Origin: Candidatus Tenderia sp.
GTDB taxonomy: Bacteria > Pseudomonadota > Gammaproteobacteria > Tenderiales > Tenderiaceae
Assembly (NCBI GenBank): GCA_031416075.1
Contig: JANOSY010000015.1
Span: forward strand, 1-27,073
Reading direction: 5' to 3'
Length of the DNA stretch: 27,073 bases
Position 1 is the first letter of the stretch. The number at the start of each line of letters is the position of its first letter. The translations under genes were made by a program, and so were the position numbers. Below, piece after piece: positions 15,986 to 25,621 of this stretch. Under the pieces are notes generated by a model. It saw only the letters and a program-made list of their open reading frames with translations, did no database searches and was not told where the DNA came from.

Positions 15986-18316
15986 TTAAATCAAATCCAC
16001 CGGATCAACATCCAGCGACCATCTCACCTTGCGCGCTTCGGGCAGTTCACTGAGGCGTGTTGTCCATTGATCGAGCAGGCGGTGCAGCACCTGTCGCTGA
16101 TTCGCTTGCAGCAGCAGTTGATAGCGGTATTTTCCGGCGCGGCGTTCCATTACTGAGGGCATGGGGCCGTAGAGTTCTACGCCTGCAATTCCGATCTCTT
16201 GCGCGAGTGCGCGGGCCTGCTCGAGGAACTGTTCGGTGGGGATGGAGTGGTTGGCCTCTGCCCGTAGCAGCGCCATGTAGGTATAGGGCGGTAGCGCGGT
16301 CACTTCGCGTTCACCCAGTGCCGCGTTGGCAAAGGCGTGGTAGCCCTGCTGGCAGAGCAGTTGCAGCAGCGGGTTGTCGGGGTGGTGGGTCTGGATCAGC
16401 ACTATCCCCGGTTTTTCGGCGCGACCGGCGCGGCCAGCGACTTGAACGATGAGCTGGGCCATGCGTTCACTGGCGCGAAAATCACTGCCGAAGAGTCCCT
16501 GGTCGCCGTCGAGGATGCCGACCAGGGTGACGTTGGGGAAGTGGTGCCCTTTGGCGAGCATCTGGGTGCCGATGAGCAGGCGCGGGGTGCCGTCGTGGAT
16601 CTCGTCGAGCTTGGCTTCGAGGCTCCCTTTGCGGCGGGTGGAGTCGCGGTCGATGCGGGTGATGGGGAATTCGGGGAAGCGCTGTTGCAGGGTCTCTTCG
16701 ATGCGTTCGGTGCCGCTGCCGATGGGGCGCAGGTCGGCGCTGCCGCAGGCGGGGCACTGGCGCGCCACGGGGCGCTGGCTGCCGCAGTGGTGGCAGCAGA
16801 GCTGGCGTTTCTGCTGGTGCAGGGTCATGTGGCTGTCGCACCGTTTGCACTCGGCGATCCAGCCGCACTCGTGGCAGATCATGGTGGGCGAAAAGCCGCG
16901 ACGGTTGAGGAAGAGCAGTACCTGATTGCCCGCGTCGAGGTGGCGGCGTATCTGGCCGAGCAGCTGGGCGGAGAGCTGATCCTCCATCGGCTGGCCGCGC
17001 ACGTCGAGCAGTTCGACTCGCGGCGGTTTGGCGCTGCCCGCCCGTTGCGGCAGCAGCAGGTGGAGGTAGCGCCCCTGGCGGATGTTGAGCAGGCTCTCGA
17101 AAGAGGGTGTGGCGGAGCCGAGCAGGATCGGGATCTTCTGCTGTTGCGCCCGCACTATCGCCAGGTCGCGGGCGGAGTAGCGGAAGCCGGTCTGCTGTTT
17201 GAACGATGAGTCGTGCTCCTCGTCGACGATGATGATGCCGGGGTGTTTCATGGGGGTGAAGATGGCGGAGCGCGTGCCGATGATGATGCGCGCTGCGCCA
17301 CTGGCGGCGTAGAGCCAGGCGTTGAGGCGGTCGCGGTCATTGAGGCCGGAGTGCAGTACGGCGATCGGTTCGTTGAAACGGCGCTGGAAGCGCTCGATCA
17401 GCTGCGGCGTGAGGGTGATCTCCGGCACCAGCACCAGTGCCTGGCGGCCCGCCGCTAGGACCTCGTTGATGATGCGCAGGTAGACCTCGGTCTTGCCGCT
17501 GCCGGTGACACCGTCGAGCAGGAAGGCGGCAAATTTGTGCTGGTGGTGCAGGACGCGGTTGATGGCTTGTTGCTGTTGGTCGTTGAGGACCACGGAATCG
17601 CCTCCCCCTTTGGCAAAGGGGGACTGAGGGGGATTTTGGGGGGCGGAGTCAGCGTCGTTAAATCCCCCCTGGCCCTTTATGCCCGCTCTTTGGGTGCCCT
17701 TTTTCAAAGGGGGGGATGGCATAGTCAGGCTGGGGATCTGCTCCAGCGTTACCCACCCCTTTTTTACCAGCGCCGCCATGGCGTCGCCCCAGTTGCGCGG
17801 GGATTTGATTGATTCAACGTGGCTGAGCTGTTCGGCGGTGAGTCCAGCAGGGGCGGCACGCAGCCGCAGCATTAGTTCGGCCTGGCGTTTAGCCCGTTTT
17901 TCCAGCGGCGTGATGTCAATATCACAGCCTTCGTGTGTGATTTTCCACAAGGAACGGTGGTGCGCCTCGGCGGGTTCCCCTTGGCGCAATAGGGTTGGTA
18001 GCCCCGTTGCCAGCACCTCACCCAACGGGTGATGGTAGTAGTGGCTGGCCCAGCGTAGTAGTTTCAGCTGTTCCGGGCCGAGCAGCGGGGTGGTGTCGAG
18101 GATTTCGAGGGCGGGACGCAATTTGGCTTCATCCACTTCACTGCTGGACGCCACCTCCAGCAGGATGCCCACCACCTGGTTGCGGCCAAAGGGGAGCCGC
18201 AGGCGAATGCCCGGTTGCAGCTGGGCGGGGTTGCACTCTGGCGGCGGCAGATAGTCGAAACTGCCATGCAGCGGCGAGGGGATGGCGACCCGTAAAATGG
18301 CTTTACCTTGAGTCAT
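15986..18316 (-). CDS. priA: Primosomal protein N' (replication restart helicase)
   Basis: GVTGSGKTEVY, LVPEI.LTPQ, IIVDEEHD, LGSATPS, four CxxC zinc motifs, GTQMLAKGHHFP, QVAGRAGR, terminal WSLDVDP. Confidence 0.98.
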   Translation of the reverse strand: MTQGKAILRVAIPSPLHGSFDYLPPPECNPAQLQPGIRLRLPFGRNQVVGILLEVASSSEVDEAKLRPALEILDTTPLLGPEQLKLLRWASHYYHHPLGEVLATGLPTLLRQGEPAEAHHRSLWKITHEGCDIDITPLEKRAKRQAELMLRLRAAPAGLTAEQLSHVESIKSPRNWGDAMAALVKKGWVTLEQIPSLTMPSPPLKKGTQRAGIKGQGGFNDADSAPQNPPQSPFAKGGGDSVVLNDQQQQAINRVLHHQHKFAAFLLDGVTGSGKTEVYLRIINEVLAAGRQALVLVPEITLTPQLIERFQRRFNEPIAVLHSGLNDRDRLNAWLYAASGAARIIIGTRSAIFTPMKHPGIIIVDEEHDSSFKQQTGFRYSARDLAIVRAQQQKIPILLGSATPSFESLLNIRQGRYLHLLLPQRAGSAKPPRVELLDVRGQPMEDQLSAQLLGQIRRHLDAGNQVLLFLNRRGFSPTMICHECGWIAECKRCDSHMTLHQQKRQLCCHHCGSQRPVARQCPACGSADLRPIGSGTERIEETLQQRFPEFPITRIDRDSTRRKGSLEAKLDEIHDGTPRLLIGTQMLAKGHHFPNVTLVGILDGDQGLFGSDFRASERMAQLIVQVAGRAGRAEKPGIVLIQTHHPDNPLLQLLCQQGYHAFANAALGEREVTALPPYTYMALLRAEANHSIPTEQFLEQARALAQEIGIAGVELYGPMPSVMERRAGKYRYQLLLQANQRQVLHRLLDQWTTRLSELPEARKVRWSLDVDPVDLI
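17603..17716. repeat. Palindromic repeat pair inserted in frame within priA
   Basis: TCCCCCTTTGGCAAAGGGGGACTGAGGGGGATTT is inverted against AAATCCCCCC...CCCTTTTTCAAAGGGGGGGA. The span is 114 bp (38 codons). Confidence 0.8.
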
Positions 18317-18434
18317 AAAGTGGCGTGGTCAGTGGTTGTGTTGCTGTTGCTGGTTAACCATTCTATTTCCCCACTTTTTTATCCCGATTTACAGCTATTG
18401 ACGCTAACTTATTCATTGTTCAGCCATTTGTCAC

Positions 18435-18645
18435 TCATACACAAAAGCTGTGGATAACTTTGTGGATGAAATGGGGTTAATGCTGCCAACCCCCTGTCGT
18501 TGTTACAGATTTGTTAAAGTGGTGGAATCCTGCTCATGTCTTAAAACCAAATAAAAACATTAACTTAAGAGAATGCTAATGGATTCGGGCAAACTCCGTA
18601 GCGGTGGATAAAAAGATTGTACTCCTGCCCCGCCATTGTGTATAA
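18435..18645. promoter_or_regulatory. DnaA-box cluster (DARS-like)
   Basis: TCATACACA 18435, TGTGGATAA 18449 (perfect), TGTGGATGA 18461, GGTGGATAA 18603 and TGTGTATAA 18637, in an AT-rich intergenic region. Confidence 0.75.
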
Positions 18646-18703
18646 GCGCCTAGCATGGCCACTGACTTTTGTAGGGCCGTTTGGCTAAAACGCTGTTTTT
18701 GTT

Positions 18704-19126
18704 CTAAAACGGGCGAACCACTACCAAAACTACAATTGCAACAAGAATCAACACTGGAAACTCGTTAAACCAGCGATAAAAAACGTGGCTACGGCGGTTG
18801 CGATCATGTTTGAAATCCTTCAGTAGCTTGCCACACCAGACGTGATAGGCGATCAGCAGTACCACCAGTGCCATCTTGGCGTGGAACCAGCCGCCACTGT
18901 TGAGTCCCAAACCGTAAGCGATGATCAGCCAGAGTCCAAAAAGCACGGTTAGCGCCGCGCCGGGGGTCATGATGCCGTGGAAGAGTTTGCGTTCCATGAT
19001 CTTAAAACGCTCTTTGCTGACATCGTCATCACTCATGGAGTGGTAGACAAATAGCCGTGGCAGATAAAATAGCCCGGCAAACCAGGTGACCATGGAGATT
19101 ATGTGCAGCGATTTGATCCACAACAT
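18704..19126 (-). CDS. hemJ: Protoporphyrinogen oxidase HemJ
   Basis: WIKSLHII..VTWFAGLFYLPRLFVYH, MERKL, W.HAK, YRWFNEFP. Confidence 0.95.
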   Translation of the reverse strand: MLWIKSLHIISMVTWFAGLFYLPRLFVYHSMSDDDVSKERFKIMERKLFHGIMTPGAALTVLFGLWLIIAYGLGLNSGGWFHAKMALVVLLIAYHVWCGKLLKDFKHDRNRRSHVFYRWFNEFPVLILVAIVVLVVVRPF

Positions 19127-19196
19127 TGTAAATTCCTCTATCTCAACTAACTCAAAGAGTGGGCATGTGTATCACAGCCGGGGGGCTAATGGCTAC

Positions 19197-19232
19197 TTTA
19201 GTGGCTGGTTTAGTGGCTGGTTTAGTGGTTGG
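19197..19232. repeat. 12-bp tandem repeat x3
   Basis: TTTAGTGGCTGG TTTAGTGGCTGG TTTAGTGGTTGG, overlapping the ClC remnant stop. Confidence 0.8.
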
Positions 19233-19846
19233 GCGTTGTGCCGGGACGGCGATAGTACTCCTCAATCCTGGTCTGGGTAAGTAACCCCGCCTGTTGTGGT
19301 GGTTTGCTGCGTGGGTTGATGACGGCAAGGCTCTCTACTTCGCTGCGTTGCATCTGTTCGAGGGCCATTTGCAGTGAGAGCTGCGGAGGTCGATGCTGCA
19401 GCTGCGGCGCTGGGCGGGAATAGCCTCCAGGTCGATGGTCTCTTGCTCGCTAGTCTTCAGGGCGCTGGCAAGGTCAGCGGCGGGTAGGGCAAATCTGAGC
19501 CCCTTCTCTGTTGTCACCACTAACCAGCGTGGCCCCCATCATGGCGACCATGCCGATGATGGCGTAGAGCGCCGGAGACGAGGAGGCCCCCGCAGGTATC
19601 ACCAACGCGGCTAGCTCACCTAAGGCGGCCCCCGCGCACGCCCCGATGACAAGGGTGGGGCTGATCAGGCAGGAAGCTGGTTTGCGCGGCATTCACGAGT
19701 TAACGAAAGAGGATCACCATGATGGCGGCAAGAATACCGACTACGCCGCCCAGCAGCGCCATCTGGCCGGTACTTTCGAGGGACGACAGGTGTCGCTGAA
19801 GCCTGCTGCGTAGCGCTTCGATGCGGTTGCCGATCCTCTCTATCAT
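19222..19846 (-). pseudogene. Chloride channel (ClC) family gene remnant
   Basis: Fragments in changing frames: MIERIG...MALLGGVVGILAAIMVILFR*...FLPD; LISPTLVIGACAGAALG...LYAIIGMVAMMGATL; PRWLVV...IDLEAIPAQRR; LQMALEQM...GLLTQTRIEEYYR. Only ~625 bp remain. Confidence 0.82.
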
Positions 19847-20001
19847 GGTGACCTGATGGTTGTTGGTGCAGCGCTCTTCGGCACAGTGTAGCGTGCATAT
19901 CCATAAAAAAATCAGCGGATTGGCCTGTCAGACGCTGACGGGGTTGCAGATGGTTTATGCTTGCAGCCCGTTTGAATGGGGCCGTTTGAGGTAGATCTGT
20001 T

Positions 20002-20433
20002 GTGACTGAATGGTTTTCTGAGTGGGGTTTGTGGGGGCTGTTGATCAGCGCCTTTGTCTCGTCAACGCTACTGCCGGGCGGCTCTGAGGCGCTGTTGCTG
20101 CTGTTGGCGCTGGATGGCGCACATGACGCATGGGTATTGCTGGCGGTAGCAACGGCAGGCAATAGCCTGGGCGGCATGAGCTCGTGGTTGCTGGGGCGCT
20201 GGTGGGTGGCGCGGTTTCCTCTACGGCGGTTGGAGCCGGGTCGGCAGCGGGCGGTGGAGCGGCTGCAGCGTTACGGAAGCCCGATGCTACTGCTGTCGTG
20301 GCTGCCGCTGGTGGGGGATCCGCTCTGTGTGGCAGCGGGATGGTTAAAGATCAACCCACTCTGGTCACTGTTTTTTATTACGTTGGGTAAGGGGGGGCGT
20401 TATGCGCTATTGCTCTGGTTTACGCTGGGGTAG
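20002..20433 (+). CDS. YqaA-family (DedA/VTT) membrane protein
   Basis: SAFVSSTLLPGGSE, ATAGNSLGG, LLLSWLPLVGDPLCVAAGWL, GKGGRY. Confidence 0.92.
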   Translation: MTEWFSEWGLWGLLISAFVSSTLLPGGSEALLLLLALDGAHDAWVLLAVATAGNSLGGMSSWLLGRWWVARFPLRRLEPGRQRAVERLQRYGSPMLLLSWLPLVGDPLCVAAGWLKINPLWSLFFITLGKGGRYALLLWFTLG

Positions 20434-21506
20434 TTCTCCTCAATGTCAGGCAGCCCGCCCTTGACGACGCTGACGGAGAGGCCGCGCTGGCTGAGGATAA
20501 AGGCGGCGGCAGAGCTGCGGCGGCCTGTGGGACAGTAGCAGATGTACTCCTTGTTGCTGTCGAGTGTCTGTGCGCTGCGGTGGGCCTCGTTGAGCGGGAT
20601 GTTGATGGCATTGGCGAGATGGCTGTGCAGATAGTCATGGGGGGCGCGCACGTCGATCCAGATTGCCCCAGCGCTGATTTTAGTCTGGGCCTCCTTGTAG
20701 CTGACCCAGTTTTGCAGTGGCTCCTGCATTAGCTCCAGGAAGTCGCCCTTTTTGAGGCGCAGCAAAATGCCGTCGGTCTGCATGGAGACCGTGGCATTAC
20801 GGGGTTTGTTGGAGATGAGGGCGGCCTCACCAAAGGTCGAACCTTCACAGAGATGTGCCATCTCAATGGAGTCGCCGTTCTCTTCGTCGGCCTCGATGAT
20901 GCGGGTGACCAGCGCCTCCCCTTGCTCAATGACGTAGAAATAGTCCCCCTTGTCGCCCTGGCGGATCACCACCTCACCGGCACTCATGCGCATGGGTTCC
21001 ATGCGCTCTAGCAGCTGTTCGATATTGGCTGCAGGCAGTTTGCGGAAGTTAGGCGAGTGCTGCATCTTGCTTTTCAGGGCGCTGGTATCGATGGTGAGTA
21101 CGTCATCACCACTCATAATCACCTCTTCGCTGCTGGTTTCGACACTCTGGGCCCAGGTGAGCATGGTGTCGAAGAGGTCACGATTGATGCGGATAAAGAG
21201 CACGGGGGTGATGGCGACGGCGGTGGCGCGGCGTGGGCTCTGGTCCGAGAGCGGATGGCGGCTCTGGGGGGTGGCGCTGATGACGCGGGTATAGCGCCCT
21301 TCTGCGGGGCGAATCTCCACCTCACCCTCAATCAGGTATATGAGATCGCCGTCGTCGTCGCCACGCTTAAATAGCGCCCGCCCTGGTGGTATGGCCTGCT
21401 CTTTAGTCTTGAGCGCCAGCTCTTCAATCTGCTCGTCCATGAGTGACGAGATTGGCGTCAGCCGCGCCAGGGTGAAGAGATCAACACTGTTGGATGTATT
21501 TACCAT
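20400..21506 (-). CDS. Tandem cyclic-nucleotide-binding domain protein with C-terminal rhodanese domain
   Basis: Two cNMP domains (LFKRGD..YLIEGEV; IRQGDKGDYFYVI..G, FGEAALISNKPRNATV) then rhodanese (IDVR, HL.NAINIP, YCPTGRRS, VKGG). Confidence 0.9.
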   Translation of the reverse strand: MVNTSNSVDLFTLARLTPISSLMDEQIEELALKTKEQAIPPGRALFKRGDDDGDLIYLIEGEVEIRPAEGRYTRVISATPQSRHPLSDQSPRRATAVAITPVLFIRINRDLFDTMLTWAQSVETSSEEVIMSGDDVLTIDTSALKSKMQHSPNFRKLPAANIEQLLERMEPMRMSAGEVVIRQGDKGDYFYVIEQGEALVTRIIEADEENGDSIEMAHLCEGSTFGEAALISNKPRNATVSMQTDGILLRLKKGDFLELMQEPLQNWVSYKEAQTKISAGAIWIDVRAPHDYLHSHLANAINIPLNEAHRSAQTLDSNKEYICYCPTGRRSSAAAFILSQRGLSVSVVKGGLPDIEENYPSVNQSNSA

Positions 21507-21672
21507 CGTCCATTTTCCTTAACCGTGCCCAAGCTAATCACCATTCCATGTGAGTGCAGATGAGATTGCCGGGCAAATTTTAGATTTAGTTAAATTCTCC
21601 GTATCGGTGTTGGCGAGCATGTTAAAATCCTTTGTCTATTTACATACTAGCGAAACGTTATCGGCCAGGTAA

Positions 21673-24600
21673 ATGATGATATTAGACTCTGTGCGTCGTC
21701 TGCGCGAAATACCCTATAACTATACATCGTTCTCAGACCGGGAGATTGTAATCCGTTATCTCGGTGCTGAGATGTGGGAAACCCTGAATGAGTTGCGGAA
21801 TAGTCGCCGCACCGGGCGCTCGGCCCGTATGTTGTTTGAGGTGCTGGGGGATATGTGGGCCATACAGCGCAATCCCTACATTCAGGATGATCTGCTGGAA
21901 AACCCCAAACGCTGGCAATCCTTGACCCACGCCCTCAACCATCGTCTTGACCAGATCGTGCAGCGCGCCGAAGGCAATGAGCTGGCGCTACAGCTGGTGC
22001 AGGCGGGTCGTGCCGCTATTGCCGAGTTCGAAGCGTGGCTGCCAGCCATGGGGGCGCAACGCAAGAAGGCCTTCAAACGGCTGAGCAAGGTGACACGCAA
22101 GGACAATGTCCAGTTTGATGGTCTGGCGCGTGTCTCCCACGTGACCGACGCCACCGACTGGCGTGTTGAATATCCGCTGGTGGTGATTACGCCTGATACC
22201 GAAGCCGAGGTGGCGCCATTGGTGGCCGCATGTATCGAACTTGGCCTTACCATCATTCCGCGTGGCGGTGGCACGGGTTACACCGGTGGTGCGGTGCCAC
22301 TGCATGCCGATACAGCGGTGATCAATACCGAAAAGCTCGAGGCATTGGGCGAGGTGATCATGCGCCGCCCCGAGGGGGTCGATCGCGAGGTCGCCACGGT
22401 GCGCGCTGAAGCGGGGGTGGTGACACGCCGCGTCTCCGATCTTGCCTACCGTAATGGCCATGTCTTTGCCGTTGACCCCACCTCGCAGGACGCCTCCACC
22501 ATCGGTGGCAACATTGCCATGAATGCCGGCGGCAAGAAGGCGGTGTTGTGGGGTACCACCATCGACAATCTGCTCTCCTGGCGCATGGTGATGCCCGATG
22601 GCAACTGGCTGGAGGTGGAGCGCATCAACCACAACCTGGCCAAAATCCATGATCAGGCCGAGGTGGAGTTTCGCATCAGCCGTTATCTGCCCAATGGTAA
22701 TACCCCCATTGGTGAGCCGCGCACCTTAAAGATGCTGGGCAGCGCCTTCCGCAAGGCGGGCTTGGGCAAGGATGTCACCGACAAATTCCTCGGTGGCCTG
22801 CCGGGCGTACAGAAGGAGGGGTGTGATGGTCTGATCACCTCCGGTGTCTTTATTCTGCACCGCGAACCGAAGTTTACCCGCACCGTTTGCCTCGAATTTT
22901 TCGGCAGTGATCTGCGCCGCGCCGTGCCCGCCATTGTTGAAACAAAAGATTACCTTGACGCCCATCGTGACGTGCTGCTCGCCGGTCTCGAACATCTCGA
23001 CGAACGTTATGTGCGTGCCGTCAAATACACCACCAAGTCGCCCCGCCGCGAGCGCCCCAAGATGGTGTTGTTGATCGACATTGCCGGTGATATCGAAAAC
23101 GCAGTGGCCGATGCCGCCTCCACCGTGGTGCGCATGGCCAGCGCCCGTGGTGCCGAAGGGTTTGTGGCGGTGAGTGCCGAGGCGCGTAAGCGTTTTTGGG
23201 CCGACCGCTCCCGTACCGCCGCCATTGCCGCCCATACCAACGCCTTTAAGATCAACGAGGATGTGGTCATTCCGCTGCCACGCCTAGCCGATTATAACGA
23301 GGGTATTGAGCGCATCAATATCGAATATTCGACCCTCAACAAGCTCTGCATGATCGCTGCCATCAAGGGGTATCTGGGACAGGTCACCGAGTCGCCAAAA
23401 TCAAGCGACTACGAGGTGAGCAGTGAGGGAGAGGCAATCTTCAGCGCCAAACGTGACGCCGCCATTGAGTATCTGGAGAAGGTTGCGCAGCGCTGGCAGC
23501 AGCTGCTCGACCATATTGATGAACCGGCGGCTGATCATGTGGCGCTGCTGGATGACCCAGCACGGGAGCGTATGCAGCCCGCTGATACGCTATTGCAGCT
23601 GCTGCTGCGTCGTGACCTGCGTATCTCCTACCGTCAGGAGGTGGAGCGACCACTGAAAGAGATATTCCTGGGGCAGGATCTGGAAAAGGTGCGGGCGCGG
23701 ATTGATGAGATACATACCGAGACCCGCTCCAGCCGGCTGTTTGTCGCCACCCACATGCACGCCGGTGACGGCAACGTACACACCAATATCCCGGTCAACT
23801 CCAACGACTACGGCATGATGCAGCAGGCCGATCAGATTGTTGATCGGGTGATGGCACTGGCCATCGATCTTGGCGGGGTTATCTCCGGGGAGCACGGCAT
23901 TGGCCTGACCAAGATGCGCTACATGCGTCCGGAAGATGTGCAGCGTTTTGCCGACTATAAACAGGAAGTGGACCCTCAGGGCCACTTTAACCGTGGCAAA
24001 TTGATGCCCGGCTCCGGGCTTGATAACGCCTACACCCCATCACTGCGGCTGGTCGAGCAGGAGGCGCTGATCCTTGAAGAGAGCGAACTGGGCGCGCTTA
24101 ACGATGACATCAAAGACTGCCTGCGCTGCGGCAAGTGCAAACCCGACTGCACCACCCATATCCCCCGTGCCGGGCTGCTCTATTCGCCACGCAACAAAAT
24201 TCTGGCCACCAATCTCATTATTGAAGCGTTCCTCTATGAGGAACAGACCCGCCGTGGCATCTCCATTCGCCACTTTGATGAGATGAACGACATCGCCGAC
24301 CACTGTACCGTCTGCCATAAATGTTTCAACCCCTGCCCGGTGGATATCGATTTTGGTGATGTCACCATCCGCATGCGTACCATCCTCGAGCAGCGCGGCA
24401 AGAAGAACTTTAGTCTAGGTACCAAGGCGGCCATGGCCTTCCTCAATGTGACCGACCCCCGGACCATTAAAATCATGCGTAAGGGCATGATTGAGTGGGG
24501 GTACGCTGGGCAACGGCTGGCCCACAAACTGGCCAAAAAATTTCATCTGATCGGGGATAAAAAGCCCCCAGCGTCAACCACCGGCAAGATGGAGGTGAAG

Positions 24601-25527
24601 GCGCAGATCATCAACTTTGTGAAAAAACCAATGCCCGGCAACCTGCCGATGCAGACCATGCGTGCCATGCTTGGTGCGGAAGATGCCAAATCGGTACCGA
24701 TTGTGCGTGATCCGGCCAAGGTGAATGATGACAGCGAGGCGGTCTTCTACTTCCCTGGTTGTGGTTCGGAGCGGCTCTTCAGCGAAGTGGGCCTGGCGAC
24801 GCTGGCGATGCTCTATCACACCGGCGCACAGACGGTGCTGCCGCCCGGCTACCTCTGCTGCGGTTATCCGCAGATCTCGGCGGGTGATCGTGACAAAGGA
24901 CAGAAGATCACCACCGATAACCGGGTGCTGTTCCACCGTGTCGCCAATACCCTCAACTACCTCGACATCAAGACTGTGGTGGTCTCGTGCGGCACCTGCA
25001 TGGATCAGCTCATGAAGTACGAGTTCGACAAGATCTTCCCCGGCTGCCGCCTGCTCGACATCCACGAGTACCTGATGGAGAAGGGGGTCAGTCTTGATGG
25101 TGTGGCGGGGGTGCAGTACCTCTACCACGACCCCTGCCACACACCGATGAAGACCTACAACCCGATCAAGGTGGTCAATTCACTCATCGGTCAGGAGGTG
25201 ACACTCTCTGATCGCTGCTGTGGTGAAGCGGGTACGCTGGCAGTGTCGCGTCCTGACATCTCAACGCAGCTCCGTTTCCGTAAGCAGGAGGAGATACATA
25301 AGGGGATCGAAGAGCTTACCGGCAGTCCGGTGGCTAAGGCGGGTAGTGTCAAGATGCTCACCTCCTGCCCGGCCTGCCAGCAGGGATTGGCGCGCTATAA
25401 CGAAGATACCGGCGTTGAGACCAGTTACATCGTGGTCGAGCTGGCCAACAAGGTATTGGGCGATGGCTGGCAGAAAGGCTTTGTGGAGAAGGCGCGTGAT
25501 GGCGGGATTGAGCGGGTGTTGTTGTAG
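21673..25527 (+). CDS. Large FAD-linked oxidase / 4Fe-4S / CCG-domain oxidoreductase (DUF3683-type, GlcD+GlcF-like fusion)
   Basis: [19 protein letters not shown]-terminus, [46 protein letters not shown] and CTVCHKC...CP, and two CCG motifs. Confidence 0.92.
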   Translation: MMILDSVRRLREIPYNYTSFSDREIVIRYLGAEMWETLNELRNSRRTGRSARMLFEVLGDMWAIQRNPYIQDDLLENPKRWQSLTHALNHRLDQIVQRAEGNELALQLVQAGRAAIAEFEAWLPAMGAQRKKAFKRLSKVTRKDNVQFDGLARVSHVTDATDWRVEYPLVVITPDTEAEVAPLVAACIELGLTIIPRGGGTGYTGGAVPLHADTAVINTEKLEALGEVIMRRPEGVDREVATVRAEAGVVTRRVSDLAYRNGHVFAVDPTSQDASTIGGNIAMNAGGKKAVLWGTTIDNLLSWRMVMPDGNWLEVERINHNLAKIHDQAEVEFRISRYLPNGNTPIGEPRTLKMLGSAFRKAGLGKDVTDKFLGGLPGVQKEGCDGLITSGVFILHREPKFTRTVCLEFFGSDLRRAVPAIVETKDYLDAHRDVLLAGLEHLDERYVRAVKYTTKSPRRERPKMVLLIDIAGDIENAVADAASTVVRMASARGAEGFVAVSAEARKRFWADRSRTAAIAAHTNAFKINEDVVIPLPRLADYNEGIERINIEYSTLNKLCMIAAIKGYLGQVTESPKSSDYEVSSEGEAIFSAKRDAAIEYLEKVAQRWQQLLDHIDEPAADHVALLDDPARERMQPADTLLQLLLRRDLRISYRQEVERPLKEIFLGQDLEKVRARIDEIHTETRSSRLFVATHMHAGDGNVHTNIPVNSNDYGMMQQADQIVDRVMALAIDLGGVISGEHGIGLTKMRYMRPEDVQRFADYKQEVDPQGHFNRGKLMPGSGLDNAYTPSLRLVEQEALILEESELGALNDDIKDCLRCGKCKPDCTTHIPRAGLLYSPRNKILATNLIIEAFLYEEQTRRGISIRHFDEMNDIADHCTVCHKCFNPCPVDIDFGDVTIRMRTILEQRGKKNFSLGTKAAMAFLNVTDPRTIKIMRKGMIEWGYAGQRLAHKLAKKFHLIGDKKPPASTTGKMEVKAQIINFVKKPMPGNLPMQTMRAMLGAEDAKSVPIVRDPAKVNDDSEAVFYFPGCGSERLFSEVGLATLAMLYHTGAQTVLPPGYLCCGYPQISAGDRDKGQKITTDNRVLFHRVANTLNYLDIKTVVVSCGTCMDQLMKYEFDKIFPGCRLLDIHEYLMEKGVSLDGVAGVQYLYHDPCHTPMKTYNPIKVVNSLIGQEVTLSDRCCGEAGTLAVSRPDISTQLRFRKQEEIHKGIEELTGSPVAKAGSVKMLTSCPACQQGLARYNEDTGVETSYIVVELANKVLGDGWQKGFVEKARDGGIERVLL

Positions 25528-25567
25528 GCTGTTGGTGTCTGTTTATACAAACGCTTAGTTTAGATAT

Positions 25568-25585
25568 CCCCAGAGGAATCTGGGG
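25568..25585. terminator. Hairpin between convergent genes, possible terminator
   Basis: CCCCAGA-GGAA-TCTGGGG perfect 7-bp stem with only a weak U-tract. Confidence 0.4.
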
Positions 25586-25621
25586 TTAAACGAAGTCTTT
25601 GTTTCCCGCTAAGGCTGTATA

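Noticed and set aside
16337-17209. 290-aa + strand ORF and other long antisense ORFs over argS, the ABC gene and the oxidoreductase
   Set aside because: Antisense shadows caused by GC-rich codon usage of the real genes.
18317-18703. oriC call for the DnaA-box region
   Set aside because: No clear DUE repeats or GATC cluster and no origin-linked genes; a DARS-like element is preferred, though oriC is not excluded.
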